A stretch of 62,304 nt of DNA, the filler included. It is 5 parts of 5 records of this genome, joined end to end, with 100 filler letters (N's around TTAATTAATTAA, not from the genome) between each part and the next. Parts side by side here need not be neighbours in the genome. Positions count along the whole stretch, not along the records: positions 51,332 to 56,836 come from SRR31156797_19434; positions 56,937 to 62,304 come from SRR31156797_19511; 3 more parts are not named here. One strand, 5' to 3'. The position numbers were made by a program, and so were the translations under genes. The notes under the pieces are model-generated. The model did not search any database, was not told where the DNA came from, and saw nothing but the letters and a program-made list of their open reading frames with translations. Below, piece by piece: positions 51,666-60,734 of this stretch. The stretch's first letter is position 1. Each line of letters begins with the position of its first letter.

Positions 51666-53144
51666 TCAGACCATAAGTTCCGATTTGAAAGCCTGGTTCA
51701 GGATGTCTCTCATCCGGTCGAGCTGGGCTTCCGATGAGATGCGGAAGAAGCTGAGAACATCCTTATCCAGCTGATCATAGCCGATGATCTCCTTTTCCAG
51801 ATCACAGAGGGCGTTGGCCAGATAGACGCAGTAGACGACCTTTCTGTACTCCGGACTGGAGGAGTGGGGTTCGTGATGGAAGCGGATGGCCTGGATAAGG
51901 GAATCTGAAAAGTTCCATTTCTCCGCGATCTTGGCACCGATCTGGGCATGATTGAATCCCCCCGCCAGGTTCTCGAACAGACCGGCTGACAGCTCTTTCT
52001 CAGAGGCGAAGTGCTGGATCTTGTCCAACAGCTCGGGATGGATGCTGGAGAATACGATCTTGCCCATGTCGTGGAGTATGCCCCCCACATAGGCGTCATC
52101 GATAAAGTCCTTGGTAAGCTTTATATTGCGGGCCAGGCTGAAGGAGTAGAATGCGGTCCTGTGGGCATGGTCCCAAAGCTCCTTCTTTTGGGGAAGGTTC
52201 AGGATCTTCTCGGAACCGTAGGAGTAGAGCAGGTTCTTCAGTCCCCGCAGGCCCACCATCTTTACGGCGTCAGCGATATTGTCCACCCTGTTGGGAAGCA
52301 TGAACTTGGCCGAGTTCACGACCCTCAGAAGATCCGCTGTAAGGGAGGGGTCCGTACTGATGCGCCGGGCGATCTCGTTAAAATCCGCCTCGGGATCATT
52401 GATCAGCTGCTGGATGACGGTGATGTTCTCAGGGAACTGGGGCAGGGCCTCGATCTCGGCGACGATCTGGCTCGTCAGGATCTCGAGCTCGTCCAGTTTG
52501 ACCTGTGCGATGGGTATGGTCAGAGAGGCTGTGGTCTCGCCGCTGGTTCCGTCTATCTCATAGGCGTCTTCATCAAGGCCCATCTTCTTGAGCATCAGGA
52601 TCAGGATGACGATTCCCAATCCCGCGCCTTCCGAATCGTCCAGTACCTCGGAGAAGGCCTCCTCCATGCTGTCGAAAGCCCTGGACCGGGCGATCCGGTC
52701 ATAGATCCTCATCTGCTCTTTTCTGGTGATCTGCACGTTGTTACGGATGGCTATTCTGAAGTTGGAACTGAAGGTGTGGAAGGATACCTTTATATAAAGG
52801 CCCTTCTGTTTCTGGAGCTCCAGGTAGTGTTCGATGCGATCCATCGTATCGTTCTTGAAGGTCTTCATCCCTTCGACGTAGTCTTCCTTGCTTTCCAGGG
52901 AGAGCCCCTTCTCTTCAAAGTAGATTCTCTTGGTGTTCGCCTTCTTGGCGTTGACGGCCAGCTCCTTGAGGCAGTAGGCCAGGCGGTCCACAAGGGCACC
53001 CTGTCCCAGCTCTCTGAGATACACCCCGAGGATCTCCTCGAGATAGAGCTCGGTTTCATGGTTCAGTTTATAGGTCGTCACGGTCACCGGTACCGATTTT
53101 TGTATGGCAACCTTGATTTTTTCTGCGATATTTGTCGGAGGCAT
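51666..53144 (-). CDS. HATPase-like (anti-sigma-type) domain fused to an HDOD domain
   Basis: KELAVNA.KAN (N-box-like) and GAGLGI (G-box); HDOD motifs DPSLTADLLRVVNSA, GILHDMGK and IRFHH. Confidence 0.85.
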   Translation of the reverse strand: MPPTNIAEKIKVAIQKSVPVTVTTYKLNHETELYLEEILGVYLRELGQGALVDRLAYCLKELAVNAKKANTKRIYFEEKGLSLESKEDYVEGMKTFKNDTMDRIEHYLELQKQKGLYIKVSFHTFSSNFRIAIRNNVQITRKEQMRIYDRIARSRAFDSMEEAFSEVLDDSEGAGLGIVILILMLKKMGLDEDAYEIDGTSGETTASLTIPIAQVKLDELEILTSQIVAEIEALPQFPENITVIQQLINDPEADFNEIARRISTDPSLTADLLRVVNSAKFMLPNRVDNIADAVKMVGLRGLKNLLYSYGSEKILNLPQKKELWDHAHRTAFYSFSLARNIKLTKDFIDDAYVGGILHDMGKIVFSSIHPELLDKIQHFASEKELSAGLFENLAGGFNHAQIGAKIAEKWNFSDSLIQAIRFHHEPHSSSPEYRKVVYCVYLANALCDLEKEIIGYDQLDKDVLSFFRISSEAQLDRMRDILNQAFKSELMV

Positions 53145-53438
53145 GGCCGGTCCTTTTACTTTTTAAGATTAAAAACTCTTTTTAATATCTATAATAGTTA
53201 AAAGTATATCTTTGTCAGACCTTCTGTCAAGTTTGCTTTTCTTTATACCTATCTATTGTTCATTTTAATATTAAACGAAATGAGGCTAATGTCCCGGCCG
53301 GGAGATAAAGACGAGTGGGGGTGTCTCTTTCGCCTGAACGGGGAGAGGGCTGCCGGTTTTCTCCGACGGGAGCCGCTCTCGGGGCATTACTGGATTCCGG
53401 GGTTTGATACCTTTCGCTTTCCTTTCTATACTTGTGTT

Positions 53439-54200
53439 ATGACGATAGAAAAATTTGATAACTGGTGCCGGTCCTATCTGGATATCGACGGGATGGGCAG
53501 GGCGGACGCCTCTTTGAACGGCCTTCAGTTAGGAGATTCGGGGGCTGAATTGAAGAAGGCCGCCTTCGCGGTGGATGCCTGTCTCGAGACGATTCGTAAG
53601 GCGGCCGACGAGCATGCCCAGCTGCTCTTTGTTCATCACGGCCTGTTCTGGGGACGTCCTCTGGCCATCACAGGGGACCATTATAAACGGGTCAAATACG
53701 CCATGGACCATGGCCTCGCCCTTTACGCGGTCCATCTCCCCCTGGATATGCATCACGAACTGGGTAACAACGCTGTCCTCGCCCGGATGCTGGGGATGGC
53801 GGATCTTGAGGGTTTCGGTGAGTACAAAGGCTTTCAGATAGGGATGAAGGGGGTTCTCCATAAGCCCCTGAAGAGGGATGAGGTTGTCCCCGCCCTTTTC
53901 GGGGACTGGGAGGCCAGACCGATGATGCTTCCCTTCGGACCGGAGGAGATCAGGTCGGTCGGCATGATCTCGGGGGGCGGTACCCATGAGGTCGCCCAGG
54001 CGATTGAAGAGGGACTGGATCTGTATATAACCGGAGACTCTTCCCATACGGTCTATCATCAGAGTTTGGAAGCGGGGATCAATGTTCTGTTCGGAGGACA
54101 CTATCTGACGGAGATCGGGGGAGTTCAGGCGGTGATGAAAAAAGCGGCCTCAGAACTCTCTCTGGACACGATTTTCATTGATGTTCCAACGGGTCTTTGA
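53439..54200 (+). CDS. Nif3-like dinuclear metal-centre hexameric protein (YbgI)
   Basis: NGLQ, FVHHGLFW, HLPLD.H..GNN and GGHY.TE motifs; ATG at 53439. Confidence 0.92.
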   Translation: MTIEKFDNWCRSYLDIDGMGRADASLNGLQLGDSGAELKKAAFAVDACLETIRKAADEHAQLLFVHHGLFWGRPLAITGDHYKRVKYAMDHGLALYAVHLPLDMHHELGNNAVLARMLGMADLEGFGEYKGFQIGMKGVLHKPLKRDEVVPALFGDWEARPMMLPFGPEEIRSVGMISGGGTHEVAQAIEEGLDLYITGDSSHTVYHQSLEAGINVLFGGHYLTEIGGVQAVMKKAASELSLDTIFIDVPTGL

Positions 54201-54213
54201 TATCTTAGCTGAT

Positions 54214-54744
54214 ATGAAATCCCTAAATGTAGGTTCCCGGGCCCTTATGCCCTTTGTTCTGACGGCGGCGGTGGTCCTTGCCGACCAGATAAGTAAGCTT
54301 GCCGTCGTGGCGATGATACCCCTTAGGACGATAGGCCTTTCCATGGGAAACGGTTTTTTCAGACTTATCCACGTACGGAATACTGGAGTGGCCTTCAGCA
54401 TGGGGGACTCTCTCCCTCCGATGGTCAGAAAGGCTCTGTTTATCCTTCTGCCCCTGATCGTACTGATCGTCCTCGGCGTCTATATCCTTAAAGGGAAGGA
54501 CGAAAGCCCTTTTCAGAAGTACTGTCTGGCGGGAATCCTGGGGGGCGGATTCGGAAATCTGATCGACAGAATACTCCGCCCGGAAGGGGTCGTCGATTTT
54601 CTGGATGTGCGCTTCTACGGGCTCTTCGGACTTGAGAGATGGCCGACCTTCAACATCGCCGATTCCGCTGTCGTGGTCTGCGGTATCCTTCTGCTTATCT
54701 CCTTTTGGAGGAGCGAACAAGACAAGGGGAGGGGGAAAGAATGA
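54214..54744 (+). CDS. lspA: Lipoprotein signal peptidase II
   Basis: DQISK, NTGVAFS, GNLIDR, VVDF and FNIADS motifs. Confidence 0.95.
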   Translation: MKSLNVGSRALMPFVLTAAVVLADQISKLAVVAMIPLRTIGLSMGNGFFRLIHVRNTGVAFSMGDSLPPMVRKALFILLPLIVLIVLGVYILKGKDESPFQKYCLAGILGGGFGNLIDRILRPEGVVDFLDVRFYGLFGLERWPTFNIADSAVVVCGILLLISFWRSEQDKGRGKE

Positions 54745-55019
54745 ACAAAAAAGTGAATACCCTGCTGTTTATGCTGGCCGGGACGGTTGTGAATATTGTA
54801 CTGATGCTGGGACTCTTCATCCTGTTTCTGTTCCTGGGGAACCTGGTCCTGACCCCTGAGACCGACAGCAGTGTCAAGCTCCTGGTGTTTCTGATGATCA
54901 TTGGCCTGTCCGTGGTGGGATCCTTCCTGATCTACTCCAGGATTGTGAAGTTCGTCACCACGCGCTGGAACCTGGAACAGATCATGCATCCCATCTTTAC
55001 CAGAAGGAACAGGAAGTAG
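54741..55019 (+). CDS. Small 2-TM membrane protein, translationally coupled to lspA
   Basis: ATGA overlap with the lspA stop codon; two hydrophobic helices. Confidence 0.75.
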   Translation: MNKKVNTLLFMLAGTVVNIVLMLGLFILFLFLGNLVLTPETDSSVKLLVFLMIIGLSVVGSFLIYSRIVKFVTTRWNLEQIMHPIFTRRNRK

Positions 55020-55089
55020 GGTTCTTTCCGCCCAACCGAATCCCCTGCAGGCGGAAAACCTTCGCGGCGGGGGAGCCTTTGATCCTATC

Positions 55090-56727
55090 TCAGTAACCGT
55101 CTGACGCGGCCCGGTTGAGGTCCTTCTTGTAGAGCTCGTTGTATACGAAGCCCCTGTTTCTCAGGTTGTCCTTGAGTTCCTGGGGGAAGGGCATGTCTCT
55201 CCAGAATATGCCCCTCACTTCCTTGTCCAGTTTCTGAACGCCCTCACCCTCTTTCGTGATCCACAGGATATAGTCCTCGATAAATTTCAGCCTTACGTCT
55301 CCCCTGAGCTTCCGGTCCGAAAAGTACTGATAGTAGTGACCGGTCAGGCCCTCCTCCATCCAGTAGTGCTGGGCCTTTTCCTTGGCTACCTGCCAGCGGA
55401 GGTCGGCCACGGCGTGGAGGACCGCGACCCTGATGTCCTTGGGGAAGAGGGGTATGGCGACTCTGCCCCGGCTCGTGGCGCGGTTGTAACGTTCGAAGGG
55501 CTCCCAGCAGATGCCGTAGTCTCCGTAGCAGGGAATCAGGATGATGTGGGGGACGATGCGGTTCGTCTTCTGCCTGAAGGTCCTTCTGAAAACCCCCGGA
55601 TCCAGTCTCTCAATATCGGCGAGGATGCGGATGACATTCTCTCTGGTGGCTATCCCCTGCAGGCGGGAGGTGAAGAACTGGTTCATCAGGATGGGAAAGT
55701 GGTTCCCCTGGCGCCCGACGCACATCTTGGCCATCTGGCGGAGGCTTCCCGCCTCCTTCTGGAGTTCCGAAGGGGCGACCTCTGCTATGGCGCCGCTCTC
55801 CTTGGCCTTCGTCTGAAGCTTTCGGAAATCCTGATCCGCACTGTTCAGCTGATTATAATGGGAGCTCATATCCTTGTGGAGGGAGGACAGCTCTCTGATC
55901 GAGTTCATCAGCTCGCCCAGGACCCGGCTCTGGGCTTCGCTGTACAGGCTCTCCAGTTCGTTGAATACGGAGTTGCGGGTGTGCCTCGTCAGCTCCCGGG
56001 CCCTGTTGATCAGCATGTCCTCGGCGTTCTTTCTCTTGACCTGAAGGTTCATCAGGGTGTTCAGATGGGCCTCGCGGCTGCCTTTGGCCTTGTCCAGAAG
56101 CATCTTTACCTTCTGGTCTCCCGTCCTTCGGGTGGGCTTCAGTTCGTCTGTAGCCAGGGGGGATACCATTCCAGATGCCACCTTCTCAAGCCACTCGTCT
56201 ATGTAATGGATGGGCTCTCCCGACTCGTTCTTCTCGATGATGCTTCCCAGCATCTCCCTCTGCTCCCGGGACACGATGTTGGGCAGCAGGAGGCCGTAGC
56301 GAAGCATGCTCCTCTTCGGTTCCTGCTGAAGGGTATTGATCCGGGCCGAGATATGTCCGTACAGCTCCCAGAACTGTCCGCTCAGCCTGGTCCTGTACTT
56401 CAGTTTCTCCTTGGGATCGGTCTCTTTGAGGAAGAGGGAGAGATTCTCATGGATGGAATGGGCCAGCTCCCCCTCTCCGTTGAGGATGGATTTGTAGTAA
56501 TTGGGGTGGGACATGAGGGGATTCGGCGTCTGACTGTCCTTCTCGGGAAGGATAAAATTATCGCGGCTGAGGTCGTTTATGGTTTCGACCGGTTCGGCAG
56601 CCTCCTCGGGCTCATCGTTGAAGAGATGGCCGTAATCCGGAGCATCGCTGGACTCGGAACTGTCCAGGCCGAGAAGAGACGCAATTTCGGGATCGATATC
56701 GCCGGAAAAAATATCGTTGTCAGCCAT
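55090..56727 (-). CDS. Hypothetical protein with acidic N-terminus, central coiled coil and globular C-terminal domain
   Basis: 545-aa ORF with strong GC3 codon bias and AGGAAG RBS; no function recognised. Confidence 0.8.
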   Translation of the reverse strand: MADNDIFSGDIDPEIASLLGLDSSESSDAPDYGHLFNDEPEEAAEPVETINDLSRDNFILPEKDSQTPNPLMSHPNYYKSILNGEGELAHSIHENLSLFLKETDPKEKLKYRTRLSGQFWELYGHISARINTLQQEPKRSMLRYGLLLPNIVSREQREMLGSIIEKNESGEPIHYIDEWLEKVASGMVSPLATDELKPTRRTGDQKVKMLLDKAKGSREAHLNTLMNLQVKRKNAEDMLINRARELTRHTRNSVFNELESLYSEAQSRVLGELMNSIRELSSLHKDMSSHYNQLNSADQDFRKLQTKAKESGAIAEVAPSELQKEAGSLRQMAKMCVGRQGNHFPILMNQFFTSRLQGIATRENVIRILADIERLDPGVFRRTFRQKTNRIVPHIILIPCYGDYGICWEPFERYNRATSRGRVAIPLFPKDIRVAVLHAVADLRWQVAKEKAQHYWMEEGLTGHYYQYFSDRKLRGDVRLKFIEDYILWITKEGEGVQKLDKEVRGIFWRDMPFPQELKDNLRNRGFVYNELYKKDLNRAASDGY

Positions 56728-56753
56728 AAAACTTCCTTTGAGAAAGACTGGGT

Positions 56754-56803
56754 AAAAAAAAAGAGCTGAAGCCTACCGTTTGCCGGTAATTCTTCAGCTC
56801 TTT
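56754..56803 (-). terminator. Intrinsic terminator downstream of the tRNA
   Basis: AAAGAGCTGAAG...CTTCAGCTCTTT stem followed by a long T-run on the minus strand. Confidence 0.8.
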
Positions 56804-56806
56804 AAG

Positions 56807-56836
56807 TGGAGGTGGTGGGAATCGAACCCATGACCT
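56807..56836 (-). tRNA. 3' part of a tRNA, probably tRNA-Ala (truncated by contig end)
   Basis: AGGTC-ATGGG-TTCGATT-CCCAC-CACCTCC-A; acceptor 3' strand ..CTCC-A is typical of Ala (U70); anticodon not visible. Confidence 0.75.
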
Positions 56837-56936
56837 NNNNNNNNNNNNNNNNNNNNNNNNNNNNNNNNNNNNNNNNNNNNTTAATTAATTAANNNNNNNN
56901 NNNNNNNNNNNNNNNNNNNNNNNNNNNNNNNNNNNN
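56837..56936. other. Artificial contig spacer
   Basis: N44-TTAATTAATTAA-N44. Confidence 0.99.
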
Positions 56937-57356
56937 TCAGGTATCAAAGAAGACCTTGAAAAATTAACTATCGAGATCTTCACTGATAATTCTATGACTC
57001 CGGATAACGCACTTTCTTATGCTTCTGATATGATGATGTCACATCTCAATCCGTTCTCGGAATTGAAAACAAAGAACATCATTGAACCTGAAGAACAGGT
57101 TGATGAAGAGATCCTCCGCATACGTAAACAGCTACTGCGCAGTATTGATGAACTTGAATTGTCAGTTCGTTCTTACAACTGCCTGCAGGCAGCCGATATT
57201 CGTACCATTGCGGATCTGGTCGTGAAAGAAGAGCAGGAAATGCTCCGTTATAAGAATTTCGGTCGTAAATCTTTGAATGAATTGGTTGCAAAACTCGACA
57301 ATCTCGGTTTACGCTTCGGAATGGAAATTTCCGAGTTCATGAAAGACGTGAAATAA
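56937..57356 (+). CDS. rpoA: RNA polymerase alpha subunit, C-terminal part (5'-truncated)
   Basis: IDELELSVRSYNCL and NFGRKSLNE motifs; frame is open back to the contig start. Confidence 0.96.
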   Translation, partial: SGIKEDLEKLTIEIFTDNSMTPDNALSYASDMMMSHLNPFSELKTKNIIEPEEQVDEEILRIRKQLLRSIDELELSVRSYNCLQAADIRTIADLVVKEEQEMLRYKNFGRKSLNELVAKLDNLGLRFGMEISEFMKDVK

Positions 57357-57373
57357 ATAAGGAACGTAGATAA

Positions 57374-57967
57374 ATGAGACATCAAAAACGAGGCAGAAAA
57401 CTCGGCCGTACCGCCAGCCATCGTAAAGCGATGCTTTCGAATATGGCTGCATCGGTTTTGCTTCATAAGCAGATAAAGACCACAGAAGCCAAAGCCAAAG
57501 AAGCACGCAAATTGGTTGAACGCCTGATCACCTACGGGAAAAAAGGTACAACCCATGCACGCCGTCTGGCTTTTGCGATCCTTCGTGATAAAAAAGCGAC
57601 AACCGTCCTTTTTGATGAGATCGCTCCCGTCTATGAAAATCGTCAGGGCGGATATACTCGTCTGATCAAATTGGGATATCGTCCCAACGATACGGCTAAG
57701 GTCGTCTTGTTGCAGTTGGTTGATTTCTTCTCTGAAGAACCTAAAAAAGACAAGAAAAAACCTGCAAAAGCAAGTAAGCCCGAAGTCAAAAAAGACGTAG
57801 TGGAAGAAAAACCGGCAGAAGAGACCGTTGAAGCCGTTAAGGAAGAAAAGGTCGAAGAAGCCGTTGCTGAAAAAGCTAAAGAAGAAACTGTTGAAGAAGT
57901 CAAAGAAGAAAAGACTGAAGAAGCGGTTGAAGAAAAAGCTGAAGAAGCAAAAAAAGAAGAAAAGTAA
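57374..57967 (+). CDS. rplQ: 50S ribosomal protein L17 with an E/K-rich C-terminal extension
   Basis: MRHQKRGRKLGRTASHRKAM, IKTTEAKAKE and GGYTR motifs. Confidence 0.97.
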   Translation: MRHQKRGRKLGRTASHRKAMLSNMAASVLLHKQIKTTEAKAKEARKLVERLITYGKKGTTHARRLAFAILRDKKATTVLFDEIAPVYENRQGGYTRLIKLGYRPNDTAKVVLLQLVDFFSEEPKKDKKKPAKASKPEVKKDVVEEKPAEETVEAVKEEKVEEAVAEKAKEETVEEVKEEKTEEAVEEKAEEAKKEEK

Positions 57968-57990
57968 GCTCTTAGAGTTTTACATAATTA

Positions 57991-58020
57991 TAAGGGTTCC
58001 GACACGTCGGGACCCTTTTC
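57991..58020 (+). terminator. Intrinsic terminator of the alpha operon
   Basis: AAGGGTTCCGAC-AC-GTCGGGACCCTT followed by TTC. Confidence 0.8.
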
Positions 58021-58039
58021 TTATTGTGTCGTAAAATGT

Positions 58040-58182
58040 GACCAGTAACCAGTGACCAGTAGGATATTAGAGTACTTCGAACATCGTTGATCCTTGTTCA
58101 ATATTCGCAGATCATTTCTCTCCCTCTCTCACACCCTCATACTCTCAATCTCTCGCACTCTTGCTTCCTCACACCCTCGTGC
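58040..58182. repeat. Short degenerate tandem repeats (7-mer x3; 8-mer x8)
   Basis: (R)ACCAGT x3 at 58040-58060; YCTCNNNC-type octamers x8 at 58119-58182. Confidence 0.7.
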
Positions 58183-58257
58183 GCTCCAAAAAGCTTTGTC
58201 AAAAGCTATTTTTATCTCTATATTTAAAAGCAATCCAAATATTTAATAAATTACATT

Positions 58258-59631
58258 ATGATGATATCCAAAAAGATAAAAGACAGTATATTCAGACGAT
58301 TGGGTCGTTTCTTTTTCGTACGTGACGATGGCAAGACCACAGCGTTCCGCCGCTCAATGAAAAAGATCATCTGGTTGCTCTACCTTACATTTAAAGATTT
58401 CGGTAAAAATTTATGTTTCGTTCACTCAGGTAGCCTTGCTTATGTCAGCATCCTGTCATTGATCCCCATGGCAGTATTGGTTTTCTCTATTGCAGGTTTA
58501 TACGGATTGGGTGAAACAGTGATCGGTTTTATTGAAGAAAACATATTCCCATATCTGGTTCCCGAACTCCATGGCCAGCTTGGTTCATGGCTGAACAGCA
58601 ATATATCTCAGGACGCTTTCAGGAACCTGGGAACCACATCTATTGTCAACTTGATAGCGATTGCCGGTTTGCTGATCGCCGGTACGGCTATTCTTGTTAT
58701 CTCCGAACGAGTGTTCAATGAGATATGGAGAGTAAAAAAGGGTGGATCCTATTTTAGAAAATTAACCGGATTCTGGATCTTTTTTACTGTGTCTCCCTTA
58801 TTGATAGTCGGTAATACCTATGTAAAGAATTTTTTGATCCCTGATGGCGGTTACATGGATATGATGATCCAGCAAAACACCTTCATTGGCTTCTTATATA
58901 ATCGTGCTTTTCCCTTCTTGATCACCCTGTTTATCATGGTCAGTATCAATATTATCCTGCCTCGTGCCAAGGTCTTGTTTAAAAGCGCTCTGTTTGGCGG
59001 GATCTTCTCGGCTTTCCTTTGGGAGTTCTCGAAAACTTATTTTTACCTGTATGTAATGAGAATGACCACCGTCACATCCTTTTATGGATCACTGGGTATT
59101 ATCCCCGTATTCATGATGTGGATGTATTTAACATGGCTTTTCATCCTTTTAGGTGCAGAGCTTGCCTACACCTTCCAAAACCGGCGTTTGATGACCAACC
59201 TATACCGTGGGTACGAAAATTCTTCAACGCACTATACACACGCTTATTTGGGCGTTTCTATCCTGATCTGGATGAATTCCTTTTATCGCCGGGGCAAGGC
59301 CATTCCTGCCTTAGATAGATTTTGCGACTATTTGGGTGTCAGGCTTAATACCATGACCGAGGTGTGTGAAGAACTGGTCGAACTTGAATATCTTGATCCG
59401 ATCAGGAGTGAGATCCCTCGCTTTGTATTTGCACAAAATCCTGAGTATATCCATCTGAATGATGTGATCGATGCAATGCAAAAGATCGAGTTTTCATCTG
59501 AATACGGCATCAATAATGAAAAAGCCCCTACGGAAAAGCATTTAAGCACTGAATCGGTATTTATAGAAGCCCAACGGGCTTACCTGAAACCTTTTAGAAA
59601 TAAGACCGTATCAGACTTCAAAAATCTCTAA
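58258..59631 (+). CDS. YihY/BrkB family membrane protein with a C-terminal wHTH-like extension
   Basis: SLAYVSILSLIP, FNEIW and FYGSLGIIPVFMMWMYLTW...LLGAEL motifs. Confidence 0.9.
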   Translation: MMISKKIKDSIFRRLGRFFFVRDDGKTTAFRRSMKKIIWLLYLTFKDFGKNLCFVHSGSLAYVSILSLIPMAVLVFSIAGLYGLGETVIGFIEENIFPYLVPELHGQLGSWLNSNISQDAFRNLGTTSIVNLIAIAGLLIAGTAILVISERVFNEIWRVKKGGSYFRKLTGFWIFFTVSPLLIVGNTYVKNFLIPDGGYMDMMIQQNTFIGFLYNRAFPFLITLFIMVSINIILPRAKVLFKSALFGGIFSAFLWEFSKTYFYLYVMRMTTVTSFYGSLGIIPVFMMWMYLTWLFILLGAELAYTFQNRRLMTNLYRGYENSSTHYTHAYLGVSILIWMNSFYRRGKAIPALDRFCDYLGVRLNTMTEVCEELVELEYLDPIRSEIPRFVFAQNPEYIHLNDVIDAMQKIEFSSEYGINNEKAPTEKHLSTESVFIEAQRAYLKPFRNKTVSDFKNL

Positions 59632-59636
59632 TATCC

Positions 59637-60734
59637 ATGAATATCCTCTATATTTCACCCGAAAATACGGTAGGTACGCTTAGTCTCTACAAGCGCATAC
59701 ATGAGATGCATGGAAATAAGGTTCGTTATCTTACTTTTTTTCGTTCACCCAAGAACTTTAAAGAGGATATCTGTCTTGATCTTCCTTTTAATTTTACAAG
59801 ACCTTTCCTTAAGAAAGCACGGCACAGGATATACCAGCTCTACAGAGGAAAAGAAGGCTATCATAAAGATCGCTTAGGTTACCCGCCCGTTTGGAGCCCA
59901 GAAGGGCGCTTTGACGGAGCCTTTCTCAGCTGGAAGGAAAGACAATGGGATAAGATCATTAAAAAAGCCATAGAGGAATATTCCCTCTATGATTTTGATG
60001 TCGTCCATTTTGAGTCCGGTATGGATTTCTATAAAGATGCACGTTTTGCACATGAACTGAAAAACCGCGGTGTAAAGATCATTTGCCATTACCATGGCGA
60101 GGACCTGCGGAGCAGGGGAGTGCTGAAGCCGCTTAATGATCTTTCGGACCTGAATTTAACGAATGAGGTCGATCTCCTGGAAAAACATCCCGATATCAAC
60201 TATATCTTTTTACCTTTTGACGTGAAAGCCTTTAAAGATAAATATCCACCAATGAATAATATGAATGATATTCCCCTTGTAACACATGCTCCGACCAATA
60301 GATTCTATAAGGGTAGCGATGATATTATCCCGGTTTGCAGGAAATTGGAAAGAGAAGGCAAGATCCATTTTGAGCTGATAGAGAATAAATCACATGATGT
60401 AGCCATGCAGATGAAGAGACGCAGCGATATCTTTATAGATCAGATCAATGATCGAGGTGGATGGGGGTATGGCATGAATTCCGTAGAATCCTTGGCGCTT
60501 GGAGTATGTACGGCAACAGAGATGAATGAGGCGTATTGTAAATTCATACCTGATCATCCTTTTGTAAATATTAATAAAAACAATCTGTATGAAAAATTAT
60601 CAGAGCTTTTGTCTGATGAAGGCTTAAGGCAAGAATACGGTGCAAAAGCATCTGAATGGGTTTGCAAATACCATGATATATCATCTGTAGGCGACGAATT
60701 ATATGCTTATTACCGGAAGATCGGATTAGAATGA
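59637..60734 (+). CDS. Glycosyltransferase (GT-B fold, GT4-like)
   Basis: HYHGEDLR, HAPTNR.YKGS and DIFIDQ..GYGMNSVESLALG motifs. Confidence 0.85.
   Translation: MNILYISPENTVGTLSLYKRIHEMHGNKVRYLTFFRSPKNFKEDICLDLPFNFTRPFLKKARHRIYQLYRGKEGYHKDRLGYPPVWSPEGRFDGAFLSWKERQWDKIIKKAIEEYSLYDFDVVHFESGMDFYKDARFAHELKNRGVKIICHYHGEDLRSRGVLKPLNDLSDLNLTNEVDLLEKHPDINYIFLPFDVKAFKDKYPPMNNMNDIPLVTHAPTNRFYKGSDDIIPVCRKLEREGKIHFELIENKSHDVAMQMKRRSDIFIDQINDRGGWGYGMNSVESLALGVCTATEMNEAYCKFIPDHPFVNINKNNLYEKLSELLSDEGLRQEYGAKASEWVCKYHDISSVGDELYAYYRKIGLE

Noticed and set aside
52011..53201. 396-aa plus-strand ORF
   Set aside because: It is an antisense shadow of the HDOD gene, produced by high GC3 codon bias, and has no motifs.
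55336..56769. 477-aa plus-strand ORF
   Set aside because: It is an antisense shadow of the 545-aa gene, with typical shadow composition and no motifs.
57725..57967. E/K-rich repetitive tail of L17
   Set aside because: Low-complexity L17 extensions are common in several phyla and are not novel.
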